The notes below the pieces were generated by a model that was not told the origin of the DNA, searched no databases, and saw only the letters and a program-made list of their open reading frames with translations. Of a DNA stretch of 64,000 nucleotides, positions 1 to 9,870 are shown piece by piece. Where the stretch lies: NCBI GenBank assembly GCA_048538275.1, contig JBLYPW010000001.1, positions 113,248 to 177,247 of the forward strand, in the 5' to 3' direction. Position 1 is the first letter of the stretch. The number at the start of each line of letters is the position of its first letter. The position numbers and the translations under genes are program-made. The DNA is from Candidatus Komeilibacteria bacterium (GTDB lineage: Bacteria; Patescibacteriota; Patescibacteriia; UBA1558).

Positions 1-45
1 GACCACATCGTAAGTGCATAAAAAATCCAAAAATTTTGAAATTGT

Positions 46-215
46 AAATTGGCGGTGTTTTTTGATTGATGTTCGAACTTTTTTTGAGCAAAATCCGAAC
101 TCCGAATTTTAAAATCCAATCGCTCGGGCGGGCAAAAAGGAAGGGGGTTGGGGGGAAGGAATTTTTGCCCGCCCTCGCTTTCCGATTCCAATTTGTTTCC
201 GCCGCCGAATTTCGT
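46..215 (+). repeat. 170-bp repeat (distal att arm), inverted copy at 4277-4446
   Basis: Reverse-complement identity read directly from the sequence. Confidence 0.95.
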
Positions 216-238
216 GCCAACGAAGTTGGCGCGCCACA

Positions 239-1540
239 TTATTTCTCTTTCTGAATAAAATCTACCAATGCTTCCCTATCTACAATTTTTTCATTTCTCA
301 TAGCAAGATTCTTTAATTTGAACATTTTTGTCTTCACTTCTTCATCGCCAATACAAATGATAAAAGGTATACTTTGCTTTTCTGCGGTTTTAATTTGTGC
401 AGGAATTTTTCTGTTGGTGTAATCAACAGCAACATTTATACCTTGTTTTCGAAGATAACCTACCAGTTCATCTGTAAACTGATCAAATTCCTCTTTCAGA
501 CGACAAATGTAAAGCTTGGTAGTGGATTGATATTTTGGTAGCAAGTCATAAGTTTCTATATAATCACGAATGGTTACATCGCCCATACCAAATCCAACGC
601 CCGGAACTTTTTCAGCACCGAAAATTGCCACCAAATCATCATAACGTCCACCGCCAAATAGTGAACGGTTATTTATAGGATTTGTATCAAACACTTCAAA
701 AACTGTTCCAGTATAGTAATCAAAACCGCGTATCAACGAAGGATCAAAAATATAATTTTTGATTTTCTTTTCTAAAAGAAGTTTTTGAAGTGTTTGTAAT
801 TCTTTTACCCCAATATTTTCTGAAAATTCCTTTGGTATTTCAGAAATTTTTTTGCAATCCAAAAACTTGATCAATTTGTTAGTTCTATCACCCAAAAATT
901 TTTCGGCTTGTAAAATAAATTCTTTTGCTTCGATTTTTTCTTTCTTATCAATCAGCTTGGTTAATTGATAACCGCTTTCTTTTTCTAAACCAAAATAATC
1001 ATTAACTAAGTAATTAATTAGTTTTCTACTATTAAGGCGAATAATGAAGTTTTCATCTTTTGCGCCAAAAGTCCGCATAACATCATAAGCGACAGAAATA
1101 ATTTCTGCGTCCGCTTCAACATTATCAATGCCAAAAAGATCAACATTAAGTTGCCAATGTTCGCGCAATCGTCCGCGTTGCGGTCTTTCATAACGAAAAA
1201 GATTTGGTATTGAATACCACCGCAAAGGAAATGATAATCCTTTTCTTTTATGAGCAATCATACGGGCGATTGTTGGGGTCATTTCTGGTCGTATGGTTAC
1301 ATCTCTGTTGCCTCGATCAATGAAAGAATAAGTTTGTTCGTTTACTATTTCCGAGCCAGTTTTTGCACGATAAATTGCGGTTTCTTCCAAAATTGAAGCT
1401 CCGTATTCAACATAGCCATATTGCTCAACCACTTTTCGCATTGTTGAGAAAATATAGTTTTGCACACCCATATCTTCTGGATAAAAATCCCTCGTTCCAC
1501 GATATGGTTCTGTTGATAGTTTTTGAGAATTATTTTTCAT
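239..1540 (-). CDS. hisS: Histidine--tRNA ligase
   Basis: GTRDFYP, IRPEMTP, FRYERPQRGRLREH, RGFDYYTG, GGGRYD motifs and C-terminal anticodon-binding domain. Confidence 0.95.
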   Translation of the reverse strand: MKNNSQKLSTEPYRGTRDFYPEDMGVQNYIFSTMRKVVEQYGYVEYGASILEETAIYRAKTGSEIVNEQTYSFIDRGNRDVTIRPEMTPTIARMIAHKRKGLSFPLRWYSIPNLFRYERPQRGRLREHWQLNVDLFGIDNVEADAEIISVAYDVMRTFGAKDENFIIRLNSRKLINYLVNDYFGLEKESGYQLTKLIDKKEKIEAKEFILQAEKFLGDRTNKLIKFLDCKKISEIPKEFSENIGVKELQTLQKLLLEKKIKNYIFDPSLIRGFDYYTGTVFEVFDTNPINNRSLFGGGRYDDLVAIFGAEKVPGVGFGMGDVTIRDYIETYDLLPKYQSTTKLYICRLKEEFDQFTDELVGYLRKQGINVAVDYTNRKIPAQIKTAEKQSIPFIICIGDEEVKTKMFKLKNLAMRNEKIVDREALVDFIQKEK

Positions 1541-1550
1541 ATAAAATCTT

Positions 1551-2867
1551 TTAACCCTGATGTGTTTTTAATTTTTTGGAAAAAGAATAAAAGTCATCTA
1601 TTTTTATTATATTTTTCTTTCGTCCAATATTAATTTCAGCCATGTAATTGTTATAAAAATTATTTTTAAGAAGAATAAAAACCTTAAATTTTTTTATATT
1701 ATCAGGTTTTTCTCTTATATCTATTTCCGCGACATGTCCTTCTTTCCTTAAAGCATTAACTAATTTTATCACCATTTTATAATCTTTCTTCGGGTTCTCG
1801 CAAGAAACGAATACGCCAGGTTTTTTGGAGGGTAAATTTAAAAGTTTACATTCTTTCAGTTTTTCCATAGTCCCCATATAACCAAATCCAAAACCTATCG
1901 CTGGCAAATTCCTTTCCCCATACATGCTTATTAACCAATCATATCTTCCTCCCCCTGATAACGCACCTAGTTTTTTATTTTTATCAGAAACCTCAAATAT
2001 TATTCCCGTGTAAAAAGAGCCTCGAGCTATTGATAAATCAAGTCTACACATATCGTAAATACCATACCATTTTAAAATCTTTGAAATCTGGGTGAATCTT
2101 TTTAAAATTTGATCGGATTGTTTTGCTATATTTTTATTAACTTGCTTTATCTTTTGTATACAATTGATAATTGACCCGTTTAAGGAAATCATCTTGTATA
2201 TAAAAACAATTTGTTTTTTGGTTAAACCAATGTATTCAAATCTGCTATAAAATTCTTTTTTGCTAATTTTTTCTTTATCATCCACTATTTTAACCGCAGT
2301 ATAACAATCATCTGGTTTCACGCCTGCGAAGAATAAGATATTTTCTAAGAGTTTCCTGTCATTAATACTTATTTCCACTTCTTTGCCCAAACCAAGATTT
2401 TTATAAAGATTTGCGGCACACGCCAATATCTCGGCATCTGCCTCAACGGTATCACGTCCTATTATATCTATATCTGTCTGCCAAAATTCTTTTGCTCTAT
2501 CATTTTTAATTTTATCTTCCTGTCTCCATCGTTTAGATGTATCGTACCAACGAATCGGTAATTCAATTTTTTTTAATTCTTGCACCATCCTAGCTCTCGT
2601 TGGAGTTTGTTCCGGGATAAGTGTAAGATAGTTTTTTTGATTATCAAAAAAACTAAATGTCTGGCTGATTAACCCCTCCGACCAAGGAGGTTTAACTTCA
2701 TACAAACTCCTTCTTTCTATAGATGGGGCACTTATCCTTTCAAAACCGAAGCTCTCTATAGTTTTTTCAACTATATTTTGAACATGCTGCCATTTTATCC
2801 ATTCATCAGGATATATACTTTTAAAACCGTTAATTGATTTTAGATTATTATTACTATTCATGCTCAT
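1551..2867 (-). CDS. Divergent HisRS paralogue (class II aaRS-like)
   Basis: LIPEQTP, WRQE..RAKEFWQ, RGSFYTG, GGGRYD, PAIGFGFG; His-binding motifs altered. Confidence 0.8.
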   Translation of the reverse strand: MSMNSNNNLKSINGFKSIYPDEWIKWQHVQNIVEKTIESFGFERISAPSIERRSLYEVKPPWSEGLISQTFSFFDNQKNYLTLIPEQTPTRARMVQELKKIELPIRWYDTSKRWRQEDKIKNDRAKEFWQTDIDIIGRDTVEADAEILACAANLYKNLGLGKEVEISINDRKLLENILFFAGVKPDDCYTAVKIVDDKEKISKKEFYSRFEYIGLTKKQIVFIYKMISLNGSIINCIQKIKQVNKNIAKQSDQILKRFTQISKILKWYGIYDMCRLDLSIARGSFYTGIIFEVSDKNKKLGALSGGGRYDWLISMYGERNLPAIGFGFGYMGTMEKLKECKLLNLPSKKPGVFVSCENPKKDYKMVIKLVNALRKEGHVAEIDIREKPDNIKKFKVFILLKNNFYNNYMAEINIGRKKNIIKIDDFYSFSKKLKTHQG

Positions 2868-3882
2868 GGAATAACTTGATTTTTTTCATAAAATTAACAA
2901 TTTTTTCGTTATTCTCTTTTTTAATTAAGTACCGACCAATAAGAGAAACGATAATCATGCCGGTTACAACTTTCCATCTATAACCAGCATATATATTCCA
3001 AATTTTTGCCATACCAAGCTCCATAAGATATGGCCAAGTAATAATGGCTGTAAGGGCGATAATTAATCCTGTCGTTTTTCCAGCACCAATTTTTTTGGTT
3101 AGGTATTGCATAGCGACAGTCGCACTTCCTATAGTAGAAACTGCTAATGCAAAAATAACAACTAAAAGTAAGATGCCTAAAAACAAAGTTGGTTTAAAAA
3201 ATAAGCCAGTTAGTACAACAAAAGTCATGTATAATCCAAACCAAAAACCACCCCAAAGACTGAGTCTTATTTGGTTTTCTTTTTGCTCAAACCTTTGCCA
3301 CATCATAGGATCGGTGAACACTCCGGTTATAATACCTAATAATCCTAAGGGGAATACCCACTTAATCCCAGCTTCTGTTATGAGCTGTAAATTGGGGTTA
3401 ATCGTAAAATTACTTATTATAATAGAAGAAACTGCCAGCAAGACAACCGCAGAAATTTGTAAAGAATAGTATCCTAAATCAGATAAAACACTTCCTCTTA
3501 AGCCATATTTATAAATAAATAATAAAATAGCTAAAGATAAAAATATAATGGAAGGCACGCTAAAACTATTATCTATAAAATGAAAAGACGCCACATCATG
3601 ACCGCCCCCTAATCCTATAAGTAGGGCCTGCATATTCATAATGATGGCCATCGCCGCAATAAATAATGAAAATAAAATTAAAGGAATAAAATTGATCCAT
3701 TTCTCAAACCCTCTAATTTTTACTTTCATGTAGCCAAATAATGGCATAGCCAAGATATTACCAATAACCCAAACAAGGGCTGGAACTATACCATAAGTAT
3801 ACATAAAAGCTATTGTTGCTATCATGCTTACACCCCAAGACCACGAAGCGCCAAGGCTTATTCCAACTCTGCGGTAACTCAT
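2854..3882 (-). CDS. Multi-pass membrane protein, solute:sodium symporter-like
   Basis: About 10 hydrophobic segments; SLGASWSWGVS and DPMMWQR motifs reminiscent of the SSS family. Confidence 0.55.
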   Translation of the reverse strand: MSYRRVGISLGASWSWGVSMIATIAFMYTYGIVPALVWVIGNILAMPLFGYMKVKIRGFEKWINFIPLILFSLFIAAMAIIMNMQALLIGLGGGHDVASFHFIDNSFSVPSIIFLSLAILLFIYKYGLRGSVLSDLGYYSLQISAVVLLAVSSIIISNFTINPNLQLITEAGIKWVFPLGLLGIITGVFTDPMMWQRFEQKENQIRLSLWGGFWFGLYMTFVVLTGLFFKPTLFLGILLLVVIFALAVSTIGSATVAMQYLTKKIGAGKTTGLIIALTAIITWPYLMELGMAKIWNIYAGYRWKVVTGMIIVSLIGRYLIKKENNEKIVNFMKKIKLFHEHE

Positions 3883-3951
3883 TTCTGTTATGTTGTCTTG
3901 ACTGTCTTTTCTTTTAAAAAGCTTTTCTAAAATTATATTTTTTTAAAATTA

Positions 3952-4158
3952 TTATTTTATTAAGTCCTCAATTGAAACGCCCAGCGCTTTGGCAATTTCT
4001 GCCATAGTTTGAACACTCGGCTTATTAACTGTTCCACTTTCGACCTTCATAAGCGTTGTATATTTAATATCCGCTTTCTTGGCTAAATCATCTTGGGTTA
4101 AGCCAAGTTTGACACGCATTTTTTTGATATTTTCACTAATTATTTTTCCACTTGTCAT
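3952..4158 (-). CDS. XRE-family HTH transcriptional regulator
   Basis: LTQDDLA...VESG...PSVQT..IAKALGVS. Confidence 0.9.
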   Translation of the reverse strand: MTSGKIISENIKKMRVKLGLTQDDLAKKADIKYTTLMKVESGTVNKPSVQTMAEIAKALGVSIEDLIK

Positions 4159-4169
4159 ATAAATAAAGT

Positions 4170-4222
4170 TTTGGTAGTATTATAGTATATAAGGTTATTA
4201 CCCTTATTGTTATACTACCAAA
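4170..4222. promoter_or_regulatory. Palindromic operator candidate between the HTH gene and the recombinase leader
   Basis: TTTGGTAGTAT...ATACTACCAAA inverted repeat with inner ATAAGG/CCTTAT. Confidence 0.5.
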
Positions 4223-4276
4223 TAAAATGAAAATAATCAAACAAATTTATTGGCGGCGCATTTCGCAAAGCGAAAT

Positions 4277-4570
4277 ACGAAATTCGGCGGCGGAAACAAA
4301 TTGGAATCGGAAAGCGAGGGCGGGCAAAAATTCCTTCCCCCCAACCCCCTTCCTTTTTGCCCGCCCGAGCGATTGGATTTTAAAATTCGGAGTTCGGATT
4401 TTGCTCAAAAAAAGTTCGAACATCAATCAAAAAACACCGCCAATTTTCACTTTTTGTGAAATCGTAAGAAACAGCCTCGGCGCAAAGCGCCTCGGCATGG
4501 TATTTTTCCGCAATTTTGAAGTCATTTTTGAAATCCAAAACCAAAGTGCGGTCGGCAATACGGAAATTCG
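4277..4570 (-). repeat. Internal inverted copy of the predicted attP junction (integrase 3' end + core + distal arm)
   Basis: 4277-4446 = revcomp of 46-215; 4437-4565 = revcomp of 6059-6187; the two overlap exactly at the 10-bp core. Confidence 0.93.
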
Positions 4571-4684
4571 CCGTGCAAAGCACGGGCAAAATGAAATTTT
4601 GCAAACCAATCTTTTTTCTTTCGCTTTCAGCGAAAGGTTGAGCGTATTTTTCTTTGATTGCCCAAAAACTAATTTCAAAACAAT

Positions 4685-6250
4685 ATGGACAACATAAATT
4701 TACAAACCAAAAAGATTTTTCTCTATGCTCGTAAATCCACGGACGAACCCGAAAGGCAGGTTTTGAGCATTGAAGCGCAAATGTTTGAGTTGCGGGAATT
4801 TGCCAAAAAAGAGGGTTTGAATATCGTCCGTGAATTTGTGGAAAGCAAAACCGCCAAAGAACCAGGCAGAGAGATTTTTAATGACATGATCGCAAGCATA
4901 GAGAAAAATGAAGCCGAAGGAATTTTAGCGTGGCACCCTGACCGCCTTGCTCGTAATTCCATAGACGGCGGACGAATAATTTATTTGGTGGATACTGGAA
5001 AAATTACCACGCTAAAATTTCCCACTTTTTGGTTTGATCCGACACCGCAGGGAAAATTTATGTTATCCATTGCTTTTGGGCAATCAAAATATTATGTGGA
5101 TAATCTTTCGGAAAACATAAAGAGGGGTATTCGCCAGAAATTGCGAAATGGAATATGGCCCGCTTGGGCGCCACTTGGCTATATAAACGACAAAAACGCC
5201 CGCTGTATCGCCGTGGATAAAGAAAATGCAAAGTATATCAAGCGGGCATTTGAAATGTACGCGACTGGCGAATACCCCCTCGCTCAAATCCGAAAGATTA
5301 TCAATTCCTTGGGCTTGGTTGGCAAGAAAGGCAAAAAGCTTTCCGTCTCAAATTATCAGTATATGCTCAAGAATAAAATCTATTATGGAATGATTGAATA
5401 TAACGGTGAAATGTATGACGGAAAGCATGAACCGATTATCACAAAGAAACTTTTTGATTCCGTTCAAGAAGTGATGGCGAACAAGAGCAAACCAAAATCG
5501 CCAAAACTCAAACCTTATGTTTTTAGAGGATTTTTCCGTTGTGGAGAGTGCGGTTGTTTCATTACTACCGAAACACAAAAAGGACACAATTATTTGCGTT
5601 GCACCAAACGGAAAAATCCTTGCACACAAAAATATGTCCGCGAGGAAATCATCACTTCTCAAATAAAGGAAGAAATCAAAAAAGTTTCTTTGTCTTCCGC
5701 TTGGGCAAACGCTTCAATCAATTATTTTGAAAATGAAAAAATGAAAATTGCCCAAGCGGAAAGCTCTTTCGCCCAAAAAGCGAGAGATGAGCTTGTGGAA
5801 ATAGAAACAAAGCTTGATCGTTTGCTTGATTTACAACTGGACGGCAATTTGTCGCAAGCGGAATATACCGCTAAAAAGCACAAGCTCATTCTCGCTAAAA
5901 AAGATATGGAAGAAAAAATCACCGCTTTTGGGCGAAAGAGCAATAATCGGTTCGAACTTGCCATTGCCTTTCTAAAAGAAGCCAATCAAGCCGAAAAATA
6001 CGCTCAACAAGAAAATCCCGAAAGGATTCGGGATTTTCTCAAAAAGATTGGTTCGAACTTCCGTATTGCCGACCGCACTTTGGTTTTGGATTTCAAAAAT
6101 GACTTCAAAATTGCGGAAAAATACCATGCCGAGGCGCTTTGCGCCGAGGCTGTTTCTTACGATTTCACAAAAAGTGAAAATTGGCGGAGGAGGCGGGATT
6201 CGAACCCGCGATACCTTGCGGTATGCCTGCACTCCAAGCAGGTGCACTAG
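4685..6250 (+). CDS. Large serine recombinase/integrase
   Basis: YARKST catalytic motif, DRLARN, recombinase domain, CGECG zinc ribbon, coiled coil; 3' end runs antisense into the tRNA. Confidence 0.95.
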   Translation: MDNINLQTKKIFLYARKSTDEPERQVLSIEAQMFELREFAKKEGLNIVREFVESKTAKEPGREIFNDMIASIEKNEAEGILAWHPDRLARNSIDGGRIIYLVDTGKITTLKFPTFWFDPTPQGKFMLSIAFGQSKYYVDNLSENIKRGIRQKLRNGIWPAWAPLGYINDKNARCIAVDKENAKYIKRAFEMYATGEYPLAQIRKIINSLGLVGKKGKKLSVSNYQYMLKNKIYYGMIEYNGEMYDGKHEPIITKKLFDSVQEVMANKSKPKSPKLKPYVFRGFFRCGECGCFITTETQKGHNYLRCTKRKNPCTQKYVREEIITSQIKEEIKKVSLSSAWANASINYFENEKMKIAQAESSFAQKARDELVEIETKLDRLLDLQLDGNLSQAEYTAKKHKLILAKKDMEEKITAFGRKSNNRFELAIAFLKEANQAEKYAQQENPERIRDFLKKIGSNFRIADRTLVLDFKNDFKIAEKYHAEALCAEAVSYDFTKSENWRRRRDSNPRYLAVCLHSKQVH

Positions 6251-6269
6251 ACCACTATGCGACCCCTCC
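6182..6269 (-). tRNA. tRNA-Ser(GGA)
   Basis: GGAGGGG/CTCCTCC acceptor, CCTGC-TTGGAGT-GCAGG anticodon arm, long variable arm, GGTTCGAATCC, GCCA. Confidence 0.95.
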
Positions 6270-6333
6270 GCAGGGAATAATACTTTTAAAAACGTTAGAA
6301 TTATAGCAAAATGCGAAGAAAAATCAAGTCTTA

Positions 6334-7020
6334 TTAATTCTTCGCCAGTACCAGCGCCCAGACTGCTCGGGCGTTGTTTTGTTTGAGTAGTTTAGCTTGT
6401 TCATCAAGCGTGGCGCCGGTGGTAATAACGTCGTCTATTAAAATGATAGTTTGATCGGCTAGGTCAATATTTTTACTAATACTAAAGCTATTAGCGACAT
6501 TGATCAGGCGTTGCTGGCGATTGAGGTTGGCCTGATGATCATTGTATTTTTTACGGTGGAGAATATTTGTTTTGACTGGTATTTTCAGCGCTAAACCAAA
6601 ATGATTTGCCAGTAGCTCAGCTTGGTTAAAGCCGCGTTCATTATAACGTCGGCGATGTAAGGGTGTAGGGATAATCAAACAATTATCTGGCATGTCTATA
6701 TTTTGGTATCGTTGGATTAATAATTGTGCCAGCGGCACGGCCAACTGAGAATGGTATTGGTATTTGAAGGCGTGAATCACTTTATCTAAACCACCATCCA
6801 GATAAGTAGCGCTGACTAGAATTTTGTCCAACGATGTTTGGTTGGCACAGGCAGTGCATAAAATTTGTTGATCTTGAGCTTTATCGCAGAGCGGGCAGAT
6901 AAGGGGGCGTTTTTTAATTTTATACTGACAATCATCACACCAATTGGTATTGTTTTGTCCACAAACAGCGCAAGTAGGCGGAAATAGCCAGTGAATAAGG
7001 TAAGCGAGTGGATTGAACAT
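6334..7020 (-). CDS. comF: ComF family competence protein
   Basis: Double zinc ribbon, RGFNQA, IDDVITTGAT PRTase motif. Confidence 0.93.
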   Translation of the reverse strand: MFNPLAYLIHWLFPPTCAVCGQNNTNWCDDCQYKIKKRPLICPLCDKAQDQQILCTACANQTSLDKILVSATYLDGGLDKVIHAFKYQYHSQLAVPLAQLLIQRYQNIDMPDNCLIIPTPLHRRRYNERGFNQAELLANHFGLALKIPVKTNILHRKKYNDHQANLNRQQRLINVANSFSISKNIDLADQTIILIDDVITTGATLDEQAKLLKQNNARAVWALVLAKN

Positions 7021-7093
7021 AAGATTATATTAATAATAAAAAAAACAGAGTCGCATAATCAACGACCCTGTTTTAATAAATGTAAAAATTAAC

Positions 7094-9622
7094 TTAGGTA
7101 ATGGATATTTTGTTTTTTTGTACGCCGATTTTTAAAAGTTTGGCTGCGGTCATTTCTTCACTTAATAATTTATCAGCCAAAGGCGCTTCTACGTATTCTT
7201 GGATGGCGCGACGGATGCCACGTGCTCCCTGATCAGGAGAGAAGCCTTTACGGACAATGAATTCAAAAGTATTTTTGGTAACTTGTGCTTTCAGGTTTTG
7301 TGCATGCAGGCGGGCTAACAACTCTTCTACTTGTAGCTTGGCAATCTTTTGTAAGGCTACTTTATCCAGTGGTTGGAATATAATAACATCATCAATGCGA
7401 TTTAAGAATTCAGGACGAAACTGATCGTGTAGGCTATGCTCAATGCGTCGGCTAAGCTCTCGCCAAGCGGTCGCTTGTTTTTGTTGCTGATCATCATCGC
7501 TGCTAAAACCAAGGGCAGCCTGTTTGTTGAATTCTTCTAAACCAATATTGGAGGTCATTATAATAATAGTGTTTTTAAAATTGATAGTTTTACCGGTGGC
7601 ATCAGTTAACTGGCCGTCTTCTAATACTGGTAATAGTAAATTATAGACATCGGGATGAGCTTTTTCTATTTCATCAAAAAGAACAACGGAGTATGGCTGA
7701 TGTTTGACTGAATCGGTCAAAGTGCCTTGCTCTTTATAGCCAACATAACCGGCTGGCGCGCCAATCAGTTTAGAGATATTAAAGCGTTCGGAAAATTCAG
7801 ACATATCTACGCGAATCAAAGCATCTTCACGACCAAAAAATTGGCGCGCTAGTACTTTGGCGGTTTCGGTTTTACCAACGCCAGATGGCCCTAAGAATAT
7901 AAAAGAGCCAATCGGACGGTGTGGGTTGGACAGACCAGTACGCGAACGGCGTATGCTTTGCGCAATGGCTTTTAAGGCCGGATCTTGCCCGATAATATCT
8001 TTGCGCAGTTCGTCTTCCAAGTGTAGCAGACGTTCTTTTTCTGATAAAGCTAGGTCTTTGACAGGTATGCGAGTCATGCGAGATATTACATCAGCAATAT
8101 CGTGCTTGGTGATGGTGCCTAAACTTTTTTTATTAATCAATTCGCTTTGGTTTTTGAGTTGTTCTAGTTTTTTTAGATATTCGCTTTCTTTTTCTTTGAG
8201 AGCTAAGGCATGACTGAATTCTTCTTGCATGATAGCCTGTTCTTTTTCTTTAATAATTTTATTGAGTTTTTGTTCGTAGTTACGGATGGTTTTGGCACGA
8301 CCATCTTTAGTTGCTTCTACTTTAAGTTTGGAAGCAGCTTCGTCAATCAAATCAATTGCCTTATCTGGTAAATATTTATCTTGCAAATAGCGCATGCTCA
8401 TATCCACGGCGGCTGTTAAAGCCGCGTCATCAATTTTGACATGATGATATTTCTCATAATTTTTGCGCAAGCCACGTAAGATTTCTATAGTTTCGTCGCG
8501 AGTAGATTCAATGACCATGATGGGCTGAAAGCGACGTTCAAAGGCGGCATCACTGGCGATGTATTTTTTATATTCTTCTGGTGTGGTCGCGCCTACGCAA
8601 CGCAGATGACCTCGTGCTAATTCCGGTTTTAGCAAATTAGCAGCGTCAAGCGTGCCACCGGCCGAGCCAGCACCCATGAGGTTATGAATTTCGTCAATAA
8701 AGAGAATAATATTTTTATCTTTTTTAACTTCTTTAATAATTTTCTTGATGCGGTTTTCAAATTCACCCCGATAGATAGTGCCAGCGATAGCCGAACCCAA
8801 GTCTAAACTAAGAATACGTTTGTTCACCAGTACATCTGGTACTTTACCTTCACTAATACGCTTGGCCAGACCTTCAATGATGGCTGTCTTACCAACGCCG
8901 GGGTCACCCAGTAGAATGGGGTTATTTTTAGTGCGACGGGAAAGGATCTGAATAAGGCGTTCAATCTCCCTGTCGCGACCAATGACCGGATCAATTTCGT
9001 CTTGTATTTTTTCATCAGTCAGGTCTATAGCATAAGTGTTGAGAGCAGATTCTTGGTTATTATTGTTACCGGCCATTATTTTTTCTAGTTCATTGGCTGC
9101 AAAATCATTATCGTCATATTCTTCTTCACTATTTGTTTTATTGCCAGATAGGTCAGGGAATTTGGAAGTACTTTTTAGTACAGCTTCTAGATGAGTGCGT
9201 AATTGACTAGGCTGAACATTTTTACTACCTAAAAATTTTAGTAAATTCCCATCTTGACTATCTATTAGACTATAGAGTAAATGTTCGGTACCGATATAGC
9301 GGTGATTGAAACGATAGGCGGTAGTAGCAGCGTTTTCTATAATTTTTTGGGTATTGTTGGTTAGGGTAGGCACGATACCTTCGTCTAATTCTCCTTTATT
9401 ATTGAGTATAGTTAAAATATCCTTGGCTTCTTCACCAGAAAATTTATTTTTAGCCAGAATATCCGCGCCAATAGAGCCTTGTTCTACTGTTATGGCATAG
9501 AGTAAATGAAGCGGCTCAACATTTTTATTGCGTAGACTAATAGCTAATTCTTGTGCTGTTATAAGGATTTTTTTGAAATGAGAAGTGAATTTCTCAAAAG
9601 CGTCATTCAAATCGTTTTCCAT
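7094..9622 (-). CDS. clpC: ATP-dependent Clp protease ATP-binding subunit
   Basis: Clp N-domain, GDPGVGKT and GPSGVGKT Walker A motifs, UVR-like middle domain. Confidence 0.93.
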   Translation of the reverse strand: MENDLNDAFEKFTSHFKKILITAQELAISLRNKNVEPLHLLYAITVEQGSIGADILAKNKFSGEEAKDILTILNNKGELDEGIVPTLTNNTQKIIENAATTAYRFNHRYIGTEHLLYSLIDSQDGNLLKFLGSKNVQPSQLRTHLEAVLKSTSKFPDLSGNKTNSEEEYDDNDFAANELEKIMAGNNNNQESALNTYAIDLTDEKIQDEIDPVIGRDREIERLIQILSRRTKNNPILLGDPGVGKTAIIEGLAKRISEGKVPDVLVNKRILSLDLGSAIAGTIYRGEFENRIKKIIKEVKKDKNIILFIDEIHNLMGAGSAGGTLDAANLLKPELARGHLRCVGATTPEEYKKYIASDAAFERRFQPIMVIESTRDETIEILRGLRKNYEKYHHVKIDDAALTAAVDMSMRYLQDKYLPDKAIDLIDEAASKLKVEATKDGRAKTIRNYEQKLNKIIKEKEQAIMQEEFSHALALKEKESEYLKKLEQLKNQSELINKKSLGTITKHDIADVISRMTRIPVKDLALSEKERLLHLEDELRKDIIGQDPALKAIAQSIRRSRTGLSNPHRPIGSFIFLGPSGVGKTETAKVLARQFFGREDALIRVDMSEFSERFNISKLIGAPAGYVGYKEQGTLTDSVKHQPYSVVLFDEIEKAHPDVYNLLLPVLEDGQLTDATGKTINFKNTIIIMTSNIGLEEFNKQAALGFSSDDDQQQKQATAWRELSRRIEHSLHDQFRPEFLNRIDDVIIFQPLDKVALQKIAKLQVEELLARLHAQNLKAQVTKNTFEFIVRKGFSPDQGARGIRRAIQEYVEAPLADKLLSEEMTAAKLLKIGVQKNKISIT

Positions 9623-9870
9623 AGATAAAGTTTATTATAGTCTTATTAAAAAAGTATATTATATTATCAAGAATTGTCAATTTTAGCAAGTCAGAATAGA
9701 TAAAAAAACCTCCTCGGGAGTGATCCCGAGAAAGTATGGCGAATAAAGATTAAGCAGAGGAGGGTCACTAGATTTAAAAATGGTGGTAACGAACAAAGCT
9801 TGCAATCGTATTCAAGACTTTTGAGTCACGGCAATGCTTATAAGTTAAGGTAAAAACTTGTTGGATAAAT

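Larger units (their letters stand above)
46..6187. mobile_element. Integrative element at the 3' end of tRNA-Ser(GGA), serine-recombinase type
   Basis: Direct repeat core AAATTGGCGG at 46-55 and 6178-6187, the latter overlapping the tRNA CCA end; recombinase at the tRNA-proximal end. Confidence 0.8.

Noticed and set aside
1-55. Possible tail of a further tandem integrase reading into the left att core
   Set aside because: In-frame TAA at 11-13 and the window edge prevent support.
4227-4697. ORFs 66-254, 4227-4697, 4250-4459, 4380-4604 and 4427-4678
   Set aside because: They arise from the att repeats; 4380-4604 is only the duplicated integrase tail. Not supported as independent genes.
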